Positions 1-11,401 are shown, numbered from the stretch's first letter. The stretch: 33,921 nucleotides of DNA from Intoshia linei (GCA_001642005.1 LWCA01000282.1:1-33921), one strand, 5' to 3'. Numbers and translations are program-made. Notes: generated from the sequence alone by a model not told the origin.

Positions 1-264
1 GTCAAACCAGCTGACCGAAAAAGTTCTTTTGATGACGATAATGGTTTCTTTGCACGTTCCAATGACAAACTTCGGTATCCTCGTGTATTCAGTCCTTTGA
101 TACCGCCTTTAGGTTTTCGCGCCCTTTTTCGTTCAGAGTGTATTTCTTTATCGTTCTTACATTCCTTTCGATTTTTGACGTAATTTCGTGAAGACTATTA
201 CCTTCGCTCAAAAGTTTGGTAATTTTGGTTTTTTCGTCCTTTGTAAGATCTTTTTTTGCCCCAT
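1..264 (-). pseudogene. Frameshifted N-terminal HTH region of a Tc1-like (TRT/DD37E) transposase
   Basis: With two frameshifts (near 260 and near 120) it reads MG.KKDLTKDEKTKITKLLSEGNSLHEITSKIERNVRTIKKYTLNEKG/RKPKGGIKGLNTRGYRSLSLERAKKPLSSSKELFRSAGFD. This resembles the MGxKKDL...LxRDHRTIK...PLxSSKxLF pattern of TRT-type transposases. Confidence 0.75.
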
Positions 265-468
265 TATTTATTTACCTAATAATTTGGAACATCAATTAAT
301 TAAAAAAGTTAATTAATTACTTTTTCTTTGACGATACACAAAATTTAAAAAACTTCAATCTCCACAAATATTATAAGTTTAATTACTTAGCAAAAAAAAT
401 TATCAATGTAAACAGTAAATCATGGTGTTCGGCAAAACGTGACTTACCTAATAACTTGGAACGCAGTG
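1..468 (-). mobile_element. Left end of a decayed Tc1/mariner-superfamily DNA transposon (DD37E/TRT-like), continuing beyond the window start
   Basis: Minus strand begins TA|CACTGCGTTCCAAGTTATTAGGTAAG (TA at 469-470, terminus at 468). An inner copy of the same motif lies at 272-290 (18/19 identical to 444-462), giving an IR/DR layout. A transposase N-terminus follows downstream. Family assignment is from recalled TRT terminal and protein sequences. Confidence 0.8.
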
Positions 469-707
469 TATAAGATTTTGAAATTGAAAATAATCATAAT
501 GTTGATAATTTTAAAATCTTAATCAGAATGTATATTTTTTATAATTCTAGGATGGGTTTAAATTTAAAAAAAAAAAAGATAATTGGGTTTTTGACGTTTA
601 AGAACTCAATTTTGAAAATTTCGAGTATAATTTCAAAATTAAAACACATTTTATTTTGTTGCCATTAATAACATATGAGCCATATTGTGTTTTTAAATTA
701 ATTATAG

Positions 708-3244
708 GAAATGCATACAAAAAAGGATCACATCATTTTTCACGTTCATGGAGGAGGCTTTATTTCACAAAATTCTAAACACCATGAAGTAATAGTATAC
801 ATTTTTTTTGTTGATTAGTTTTTTATATTATATATTACTTTAGGTTTACTTGAAACAATGGGCCCATGAATTGGGCATGACGATAATTTCAGTAGATTAC
901 ACTTTAGCACCACACGCCAAATATCCAACTCAAATTTTTGAATGCATTGCTGCTTACGATTGGGTTTTACAAAATAAAAATAAATTTAGTAAATATATAC
1001 ATTTTATAATTCAAGTGTTTTAAAATTAGAGTAATAATAGTTAACCACCCTACTAGGGTTTCAATGGGTACGGACGGACACAGTACATTTTTAATATTAA
1101 CAGGTGAGTTAAAAAATGAAAAATTTTCAATTTCATCATTTACTTAACCCTTAGACCAGTTTTTCCTAACACTTTATGCTAAACCTTCAAAAAATAACCT
1201 GATGATCAATTCCTTTTTGGTACTGATATAACAATTCAATCATAAAAGAATCATTATAAGTGAGCGACTATTATTTACTAAAAACTATCATTTTCTAATA
1301 AATTACAAATCAAAAATTTTATTGTCGAAAGTCGAGCTAAGTATATTTATTTTATAGAATTAATATCATTGCCTATGATTATTACAGATTTAATATTAGG
1401 TATGACACTGTCATTGACACATGATAATCCCAATTGTCCTTTTTAAAGATTTCGAGAGTTTAAAAAATATATATTCACGGCCAAAAACCCAAAATACTTT
1501 TTTTTTAATAGAAATAGCCCTAGAATTTAAAAAAATACAGATAGTACAGTTGTATCCTGTTGCCACACACAAAAAATTTCAATCTGAATAAGTGACGCCT
1601 TCACAGTCAAAAAGTATTTTAGTATTCATATATTTTTTTCCGAAATATTTTATTAACACAAAAATGTGAAATAATTAACTGTCCAAAAATTAAAAAAAAA
1701 ATTCTGATAGAGCTTATTGCAGTTGATATAAATACAAACGTCAACCCCAGAAATCTAAATCGTAAAAGTCTACGCAAATGTTAACAAAAAAATTATAGAT
1801 GGAATAATTAACTTTAAAGTAAAAAGTAATGTGATATGATGGTTCCACCTGAAACAAGTTTGGGGACCACTCTTTTAAAAAATTGATAATAGTGAATAGT
1901 AGGATTTTTAAGTTAAATTTTCAATATGAATTTATTTTTTTGGTAGAATAAAAAGTTGCCCTCGGCAGAGCTATGTGCTGTTTGTACGTAGTACATAACA
2001 GTCAATCTAGTGTTATATAAAAATGAATGTATGTTACCGTTTATTTAAACAAATCCAATTTCTAATACAGTTTTTCCCAGAGCATGTTTATATCTATTTT
2101 TCAGTTTCGGAATTTGAGTTATTCAGGGTCAAAACACCAAGTTGCCCTTTTGCTTAAAAATAAAATGTAATAAAACATATTATGTGGTGCGTTTTTAAAT
2201 CATGAACATTGTAGTAAATCTCAGCCTCAGAAACGCATACCTTCATGGTCAAAACCACAAATTACCATTTGTTTTAAAAATGAAACATCCTAAAAAGTTA
2301 TAAAACATAAACACTGGGACGTTGTAATAAAATTACTATTGTCGTATATCTAAACCACATAAACTTACATCTTCATGGTCAAACCTCCACATTACCCGTT
2401 TTAAGCTTCATCTTAATCTGAAAATTATACATTGGATCGTAACGTAATTTAAATATTATAGATTGGAATGGAAAAAAAATTTTATTTGCTGGAGACAGTG
2501 CTGGGTCAAATATTCTATTTAGTATGGTGTTGATTTGTTTGGCAGAAAATAAAAGAATGCCGGATGCAATTTTTAGCCATTATGGTGTATTTAATGTCAA
2601 TTGGAGTCCTTCGCCTTCAAGTAAATAAATTGATTATACATAACATACTAAATCCATTTTAAACCTAAATTTAAATGTAGGAGCGCTGAGCCTAATGGAC
2701 CCTTTGCTACCATTGGGTGTAATGTACACATGTTTCGATGGTAAATATTTTTTCAAATCAACTATAAACATGTAATTTAGCATACGTTGACAGTGTAGAA
2801 AGCATGGATGAAGCATCATTAAATACCCTCGAACGCATATCAACCAGATTATTAAAAATGGAAAGAACTGAACGCATGGACACTAAACTAAAAAATCTAA
2901 AAATGAACAGAAAAGAATCACCATTCAGATACAAACACCAATATTCAAAATCATGCATAGACATCATAAAACAAAAAGTATTTCCAAACTCTCATTTACT
3001 GTCACCAGCATTTGTATCTGATCAAGTAATAAAAAGATTCCCGCCAACGCATTTTTTTGTGTCAAACGTTGATCCGCTTTTGGATGATTCCGTATACTTT
3101 GCTAAAAGATTTAAAACGAATAACACTCCAGTGAGTCTGAATGTATTTCAAGGATTACCACACGGATATTTGAACTTGATAAACCAAAGTAAAGACATAA
3201 AGGCAGCTTCAAACAAGTGTGTTGAGATCATGAGACAAACATAG
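708..3244 (+). CDS. LIPE: Hormone-sensitive lipase-like protein, paralogue 1 (5' exons lie upstream of the window)
   Basis: Exons 708-788, 844-988, 2462-2620, 2681-2740, 2781-3244, all GT-AG and in phase. Motifs: HGGGF oxyanion, SVDYTLAP, GDSAG nucleophile, SPSRALSLMDPLL, DPLLDD, LPHGYLN. The catalytic triad is intact. Confidence 0.93.
1420..2420 (+). mobile_element. Non-autonomous Helitron-like locus A: 3' part (~1420-2010) fused head-to-tail to a 5' part (2011-~2420)
   Basis: Hairpin CTGTTTGTAC-GTA-GTACATAACAG (1978-2001) followed by CTAG (2007-2010), then TGTTATATAAAAATGAATGT. Blocks match 7340-9014 and 26307-27790 in reverse complement. The outer boundaries are approximate. Confidence 0.7.
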
Positions 3245-3989
3245 TATTTAATGTACTATTCAATTACTCAAATCTATTTAAATATTTCAATTCCAGACAG
3301 TCTGTCAAATTTAAAAGGCTGAGGCAATCTATATCCAACAGTCTTTGATTCAATTTGATAAAATGTCATGTTATTGTGTGTATAATAATCAACTTTTTGT
3401 AAATTTGTATCACATTTTTTAGAAAGACCTATTTTTAAAAATAAAAATGCAAAATATAGTACATTACACTTTGCATCAGTTTTAGCAAAAATGGAATACA
3501 TCCAATTGTGCTTTGTTACGCTTATATACTTGAATTTATTTCCAATATTAAATAGTGTATTCATTTGAGTAAACTAGAGTTATATCGAATTTAAATTTAT
3601 TTCATAAACTATCACGAATTTTGATAACATTCAATCGACATGTGCATTTGAATAATTTCCAATTAAATCAGATTCAACTTATTTAATGTCATTTGTTGTC
3701 ACGTGTTGCGATAGTTACAATTATGCGAACAAATTTAATAATTAATTCATGCCAATAATTTTAATTTTATTGTTACAAATTGAGTTTTACAAATTACAAA
3801 CAAACAAAACAAATACATTTTTAAAATTTAATTTAAATTTCATTATGTAATAAATTGCTTAACACCTGAATATAAAAGCAAATTATTTAAATTACAGATA
3901 CTTGTATTTATACATTAATTACAAATTGTACTTTGCAAATCAAAGGATCAAGTAAAATTTTGTTAATATCAAGGTGTATTGGGAAATTT

Positions 3990-6900
3990 ATGAAGTGGTT
4001 ACTTCAGATTGGTTGTGTATCAAATTTTTTAATAAAGAGTAGTCACTATATTGTCACATTAATTGAAAATATTCGAGTTGACAATGACGTTAGGTACATA
4101 GATATTGAAAGATACAATAACAATGTTGATGTTTTGGTTTTATCTGAAAATGTTAAATCCAAGTCAAAGAATCTGTTTGAAAAGTTCAAATCTCAAGCAT
4201 TGGATGACACGTCTGGGAGTTTTAATTTTGTTAAATATTATTATCAAAAAATCATCAATTTCATCAGATGGATCTTTTATTGTGATTCTCACAATGGAAT
4301 TTATGATAATAAACGTGTTTTGGATACACTAGATTTGCTTGTTTGTGTTTTGGATAAGACCTTTTTTGAAAACGCACAATTTCTCAAAATTTACTCCAAG
4401 CTCTACGACGTTGACGAGTAACTAAATTTTTATTTATTATCGGGTTACCCTTTTTCAACTGAGTAATGTAGTAATATTCAGGAATAATCCACTTTTAACA
4501 ATTAAGCAACATTTTTAAATTTTATTAATTGTAAAAAGTAATAATAGTGAATTTAAAATTCCACCTTTTTTATTTTTACCTAAACTTTAAATTTAACTTT
4601 GAATAACTGCAGAACGATAATAAGAATTGATAGTGACAAAGACATAGTGACCATTTTAAAAAATTAAAATATTTTATTCTTGACAACGACAATGTGAATA
4701 GCAACGATTTTGTAATTTAAAATGTCGAGGCAAGAGCCTTGTTGATGTGGACAAGGGCTATAATACACTACGCATCGTTTGCAAATTTTTTAGGGTCGCC
4801 TAAAAAATTAAAAAAATAACCACAATCATTGTGGATTAGATTCTACATGGGCCTTATGGAAGCATTTAAAAATATTTTTGTTTATATTTTTAATTGAAAT
4901 GTATACTATCTATATAATTCATTTTTTAATGATAAAAATTAGAAAAACACCTGGAAATGGATATAGATCATTAAATATGACATTAGGTTTAATAATGATT
5001 CACATAAATGACTGTGTTACTGAAATATATCAATGCAAATCAAATGTATGTAATTTAAAAAGTTTACTCAAATTGGGCGTATATACCAAAGTTGTGATTC
5101 AATTGAAAGCATCAGTACATTACTTGAAGCAATTTACCTTGTACTTTAGTCCAAATGTTGAAAAATCTGAATCAAAAATTTGTTTACAAAATGAAACTAT
5201 TCATATTAATCAAATAATGAAGGAAATTGAAGTTATTTCTCAAGAAAAATATTTTGGTGATTCTATTGGATTTCAGGTTTAAAAGTAAACCATTTAATCC
5301 AACTTATTTTTAGTATCACCCAACCATAATCAACATTGTTAGAATCATCACATTTGGAATGGCTGTTACAGCCAAATCTTTTTTAATGAAAGCTAAACAT
5401 GAACCATCAAATTCAGTGGTGAAATGGATTACAATTTTTACATCATTCGTCTGTGCTCGCAATTATCGTGAATTGGCATCAAATCGAGTAATTTAGATTG
5501 TTTGTCTTTCATTTGTAACATTTAGATTACTACTGCAACTAGAGAAGGTCGATTGGATTTTTTGTTGCAATTTTGGAATCTTTATGAACTTGGCGTCATC
5601 ACAGTAATTTTTTTATTTTTTAAAATTTAAATTGAATTAAATTTAGTATACTTTTTCGTGCTTAATTATACAACCTAAAGTTGATAAAGTATTTGAAATT
5701 TGGTACAATAAAATCAGTGTTAAAACAAGATTAATCTCTCGAGTTTTAAGGAAAGGACAGGTTTTTAATTTTTTAACGATTTTTATGGATTTTGAAAATT
5801 TTTGATTTATTTTTACTACATTTACTTTTGTATTGTCTTAAAAGTTTCAACATTCACAAAATGTTATTTTTCTTTTTTGGGTTGTTTGTTTTTAATTTTA
5901 AACATTTGTCGCGCATTTTAAATTTAAATACAAGTTAAGTTAATTCTTAACCAGTATCATAAATAACATTGCAATATATTGATTTATTGGTATAATTTAA
6001 TGGTATGTGTAGGATAGAAATAATGTCGAAACAGGACATGATTTATCAAACGGATTAATATTCCATTGTCATGGAGGAGGGTTTATATCGCAAAGTTCCT
6101 TGTCTCATAAAGTAGGTTTATCATTATAAATGTTTTATAAATTAGATTTTTATAAAAATTAGGTTTATTTGTGCGAATGGTCAAATAAAGTTGGAGTGCC
6201 AATATTTTCAGTAGATTACAGTTTAGCAATTGAAAAGGAATTTCCAAATCAAATTTTTGAGGTGGTTGCGGCTTATGAATGGGCCTTGGAGAATAAGGAA
6301 AAATTGGGTATATTGGAAAAGATTTATATTATTTTTTAATATTTTTTTTAGGTTGGAATGGTAAAATATTATTAGCCGTGGGAGATAGTGCTGGTGCCAA
6401 TATTATATTCGGTTCAATAATTCTATTGATTCTTCAAAAGAAACGTATTCCAGATGCTATTTTTAGTCATTATGGCGTTTTTAATATTAATTGGACTCCA
6501 TCACCGTCTAGTATTTTTTTAGTACATAGTGTATATCGGGGGTCTCAACCTTTTTCAGGCTATCGCCCAAAAAAGTTTTGCATAAAATTCCATGGCTCAT
6601 CTTAAAAAACCTTAAAATATCTATTTTTATTTACAGTAAAATGCTTTATTTATTTAAATTTATACTAGTTAGTGACTACCTTGGTATTGGTGTTTGTTGC
6701 ACAATGAATCGTAATCAATTTCTATTATTTTATTCAATCTTAATCGCATTATTCCTCGTTTGTTCAGATCCAATTTTGACCTCTTCTTACTAAAAATATC
6801 GACCACTGCTGAAAATCCAGCTTCTACAAGCCATGTTGTAGGAAAAGCAATAATGCTTGGTTGAACATTATCAAACACAATTGGATTTAATTCTTGAATT

Positions 6901-9900
6901 CCCATAAATCCAAATACAATTAAAAATAGAAAATAATTAAATTAATCCAAGAGTTTTTTAGTTAGTTTAGGACTAATTTCATCATCTGGTTCAAAGTTTT
7001 GAAGATCTGTAAGATCTGTAAACCATAATTTTAAATTTATATTTCAAATTCATTATTAGATTATCATTTATAGACTTTGTTTTGGTTAGCAATTTTATGC
7101 CTTAATTCACCAAATTTTTTTTAATGTTGAAAATTTTCTGTGGGCCACATGGTCCACGTTGAGAACGCCTGGTGTTTATGGAAAATTTAATTCATTATTA
7201 TTTATACTATTTATGTATATAACTAATTTGACTGTTGTTTAATTATAATTGGTACAAATGGCAGCTTGTTATTCCAGGGCGGACTTTTTAATTTAAGGCG
7301 GATATTTTCATTGTTATAATCTATAATTATTATAGACAACTGGGTTGGCTGTTATGTAATTTGTACAAAAAGCACCTAGCTCTACAGAGGGCAGACTTTT
7401 CTAATTCTACTAAAAACATAAATTCAACAATACAAGCTTACTTAAAAATGCTACATTCAGTATTATCATTTCTTTAAAGGAGTGGATTCCAAACTTGTCT
7501 CACATTACCTTTTAGTTTATAGATATTTATTCCCACTTAATTTATTTTGTTAACAGATTTTTAAAAACAATTTTATGATCCTATTTTATTAATTTATTAG
7601 AGAGAATGAATTTATAATAGGGTGATAGGTCCACTTTTGATGTTGTTTTTTTTATTAGAAAACCTATTTTGCATGTGGATACCTTTTTTGATTTTAAGCA
7701 TTTATCATCCAAAAAAATGAAATCGGTTAATATTTACCCCCCCCCCCCCNATCGGTTAATATTTTCCCCCCCCCCCCCTCTCAAATGTGATTATTGAAAT
7801 TCATACAAAAATATTAGGATACATTTAAAATATAACTTTATTTTGTTTTAATCAGAATTTATTTTGTTTGTATGGATAATTATATTGGTAATTCCCTTGA
7901 TCTGTGTATTATGCTTTGTGGACCATTTTGTTTTTTAAATTCATTTCCAGCTCATTTATTTTGGTTTTGAATGATGTTCAAAATAAAATGATAACACCAT
8001 CCTAAAAATTGTCATAAATAGCTTAAATTCCAGAAAAAATAAAATTGTAACTATACCGATATTTACTTTTTTAATGTGATGGTATATGTTCAGTATCTGC
8101 TTTAGATAAGTAAAAAATATTTTTTATTAATAATTAACGGACTTAGAAATTTAAAAAGATATTTCGGGTGAACTTTACCAACAGTATATGAATTGTTATA
8201 TGTATTATTATAAAAATGATAATAACAAAGTTGTATATATTTGAATAATATTGGTTGATAATATGTTAAAAGTTATTTTTCACTAGGAATGCGTAGATTT
8301 CTGGGGTTAGAATTTTGTATTTATATCAACTGGAATAAGCTGTATCAGAATAATCTATTTTTTTTAATTGTAGGACCATTAACTCTTTCAAATTTGTTGT
8401 TTTACTGTTAAAATTTAATAAAATAGTTTCGAAATAAAAAAAATCTATACTAAAGGTTTTTTTTACCCTAAAGGCGTCACGTTATCAGATTGAAATTTTT
8501 TGTGTGTGTTAATGGGATATAATTGTATCGTCTGGAAAAATTTTTTAAATTCTAGATCTTTTCATTTTTTAAAAAAAAGAAAATATTGGGTTTTGATTGT
8601 GAAAATTCACTTTTTTGAGATTTCCGTTTTCGATGATGCTTACGATATTAAAAACTATCCCAGAATTTATGTTTTATAAAACTTTAAGACATGTTTCATT
8701 TTTAAAAAAATGTTTATTTTGCGGTCTTAACCATGAAGGTGGGAATTTCTGAGGTTAAGATTTACGACAACAGTAATGATTTTATAACGCATCAAGAATT
8801 TATGTTTTATTAAAATTTTGGGTTGATTTTATTTTTAAACAAAATGGAAAATTGGGTTTTTGACCCTGAAGAGCTCAAATTCGGAAAGTGAAAAATAGAT
8901 ATCAATATTTCCTGCAAAAAAATGTATTAGAAATTGGGTTTTTTAAATTCTACGACTGTTAATTTTTAAATATACAATGTACGATCACACACAGACATTC
9001 AATTTTATATAAGTAAACTTTACTTATTAAATTAATTTTTGGTACAAGTAAACTTACTTATTAAGTTATTATTATTATAATTGAAATATAACATAATATG
9101 TTATTAACATATATAATAATATATATACATATATTATAATATAACAAATAAACAAATATGTAATTTAAAATTTCAATTTAGGGGTATTATCTTTGATGGA
9201 TCCAATTTTGTCATATGGCGTATTATTTGAATGTTTATTGGGTAAAATTAATATATTTAAAACGTAAAATCATACAACTACAGATAATTAAAATTTTTAG
9301 TTACATATATTATCATCATAGTCTAAAATTCAGAGTCTAAATAATAAGAATAAATTAGTTATATTCATGAATTCATTCTATTAAGTTGTGTTAATTTATT
9401 TTATTATGTTTGAGTTTTTTTATTACAATGTTGAAACTGAAAGATATTTCTAAAATTCTTCTAAATCAAGGAATTTAACCGTATTGATCTAGAATTATCT
9501 GTATTTGTAACATATGAAAACATAACGTTAAATTTAGCTTACAAGTCAAAAATTGACCATCCAAAATTCAACTACATTTCGGATTTATTAAAAAAATCTA
9601 TTCAAGAAAATTGTCGAGTACAGGAAAACGTAAAGAAAGTACAGAATAATATTGAATGCATTTGTTTTTCAACATGTTCGTTTACCTACACCCACCATCA
9701 TACTTTTAGTCAAGTCGAATCTCTCAAATTGAAAAATATACCTAAATCTCCTTTTATTTCTCCCGCATTTACTCCACCTCATATTCTTAAACAATTTTGT
9801 CCTGTTTATTTTTATGTAATTTTGTTTATCTATTTTTTAACGTGTAAATTCATATATTCGCCAAATTGCATATATCTGCCATCAACAGGGTCAATTATTT

Positions 9901-10514
9901 ATGGGCTGCCTAATGTGAATTCTTAAAAAGAATATTTAGTCTATAATATAAAATTTTTTGATGAAATTTTAAAATAATTAAGTGTTTTTCAATTTGGTAT
10001 CTATCACCAATGTCAAAATTATGGAATTTTAAAAAAAATCAGGTGTGAGTTACAAATCTTAAGTTACAATTATGTTATCAATTAAACATAAATGATATTT
10101 ATTTAAATTTAAAATATTTATGTACAGTGTACAATTCAATGTACATAATAGAGTTCATTCTTATGTTGTAATGTATGAGAACTGGATTCATCATGTGTAA
10201 TTAATTTAAGAAATTTAGCCATAAGAGTTTAAAATTTTAAATGATAAAACTATCCAATCTAAATAGATGACATTGAGTATACGATTAAACCATTGTATTA
10301 ATTAAAGTGAAAAAATTAGGCATCCAACATGGACCCATTGCTGGATGATACAATACACTTTGCTCGTAGATGCAAAGAAATGGGCTTAAAAACGGAAACA
10401 AACATTGTAAAAGGTCTCCCGCACGGATACTTAAATTTTATTTTGATATCAAAGCAAGTTAAAGAAATTTCAAAAATGTGCATCTTGCACATGATTAATG
10501 AACTGCAGCTGTAA
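3990..10514 (+). CDS. LIPE: Hormone-sensitive lipase-like protein, paralogue 2 (~687 aa)
   Basis: Exons 3990-4417, 4943-5276, 5314-5487, 5526-5603, 5647-5760, 6013-6111, 6163-6307, 6352-6510, 9182-9241, 9538-9815, 10320-10514. HSL N-domain motifs YDVDEKTPGNGYRS, FGDSIGFQY, QFWNLYE. Catalytic motifs HGGGF, GDSAG, DPLLDD, LPHGYLN. The start codon is the least certain part. Confidence 0.92.
6537..7171 (-). mobile_element. Internally deleted hAT (Buster/Charlie-type) element carrying a transposase C-terminal remnant
   Basis: Ends CGGGGGGTCTCAAC / GTTGAGAACGCCTG. 8-bp TSD GTGTATAT (6529-6536) / GTGTTTAT (7172-7179). Minus ORF 6669-6905 reads FPTTWLVEAGFSAVVDIFSKKRSKLDLNKRGIMRLRL...HQYQGSH*, the typical Buster-family dimerisation-domain end. 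Confidence 0.85.
7340..9014 (-). mobile_element. Non-autonomous Helitron-like element, copy B (most complete, ~1.7 kb)
   Basis: Minus-strand 5' end ACTTATATAAAATTGAATGTCTGTGTG at 9014. The 3' end is a degenerate hairpin plus CCAG|T at 7340. Internal blocks (about 7995-8100, 8240-8350, 8435-8600, 8830-8940) match loci A and C. No TSD seen. Confidence 0.7.
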
Positions 10515-11401
10515 AAATGGTGCCGCCGTTTAAATCGTCCATGAATTTATAAATGCATACTTTTAATAAATTTTATTTTTTCAATATTACTAATAAATCG
10601 ATATCAGTTTTCAGTCCGATTAATTTAATGAAAAATAAAATTTCCATTAATTTTGTATTGATTACGTCTGAATGAGTACTTTTGGCAGTACTGACAGACG
10701 AGCAGCACAAAATTAATCGATTTAATTAGTCGAATATTTTGAGCCAGGACGACTAGGAAACATTTGCCTAGTGTGCACAAATTGATTGCCATTTCAGTGC
10801 TTTTATTCATATCTGTCATGGTTATTAGTGTTTAGTATAGCTGGAAACAATAGTCACAGCAGAAACATTTTATCAAGTCTACGTCAGTGACGTTATTATT
10901 ATCTCATATCACATTCATAAATTTTAGCTAGCATTATTTTTTCAAAGCTACTCGTGATTTTGTACGAATCAGTATAAAAATAAATAATTACATACTAGGC
11001 CTATTATTCGACCAACAAAAGACACTACGCAGTTTCAGAACCAAAGATACTTTTTGATCACTACAATTTGACAAACTATTGTTTTTAACCGTGAGCTAAA
11101 TACAGGCCACTTTTTTACAAGTAAGGACCACACGACTAATATGTAAGTATTTTAACATTTTATTATGCATTAATTACTTGTACTATCCATGTATGTTTAT
11201 AAGCATTGATCAATAATATTTGAATTTCAGGTAATGTGTACTTTTGTATGGGATAGTGCAGTCATTTATACATTTGTACTTGTATTTTAATCATAAAAAT
11301 GTAAGACTGATGTTAAAATTTACAATTTCATGTTTATTTAAACTAAATACTATATTTGTTTAGTTTAATTTTGGTCTAATTGCCACAAGTTTAGAAACAA
11401 A

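Noticed and set aside
2634-2967. Antisense ORFs over lipase 1 (likewise 4105-4332, 12298-12483, 12900-13136, 17735-17941, 21057-21239, 22526-22759, 30259-30470)
   Set aside because: Shadow or alternative-frame ORFs of real exons, with no recognisable motifs.
7722-7778. Duplicated ATCGGTTAATATTT plus poly-C on both sides of an N
   Set aside because: Looks like a contig-overlap artefact at a homopolymer gap rather than a real tandem repeat.
10625-10819. 64-aa minus-strand ORF (also 3274-3564, 19985-20206, 20372-20572, 23979-24176, 27074-27334)
   Set aside because: No recognisable homology; composition typical of AT-rich non-coding or TE DNA.
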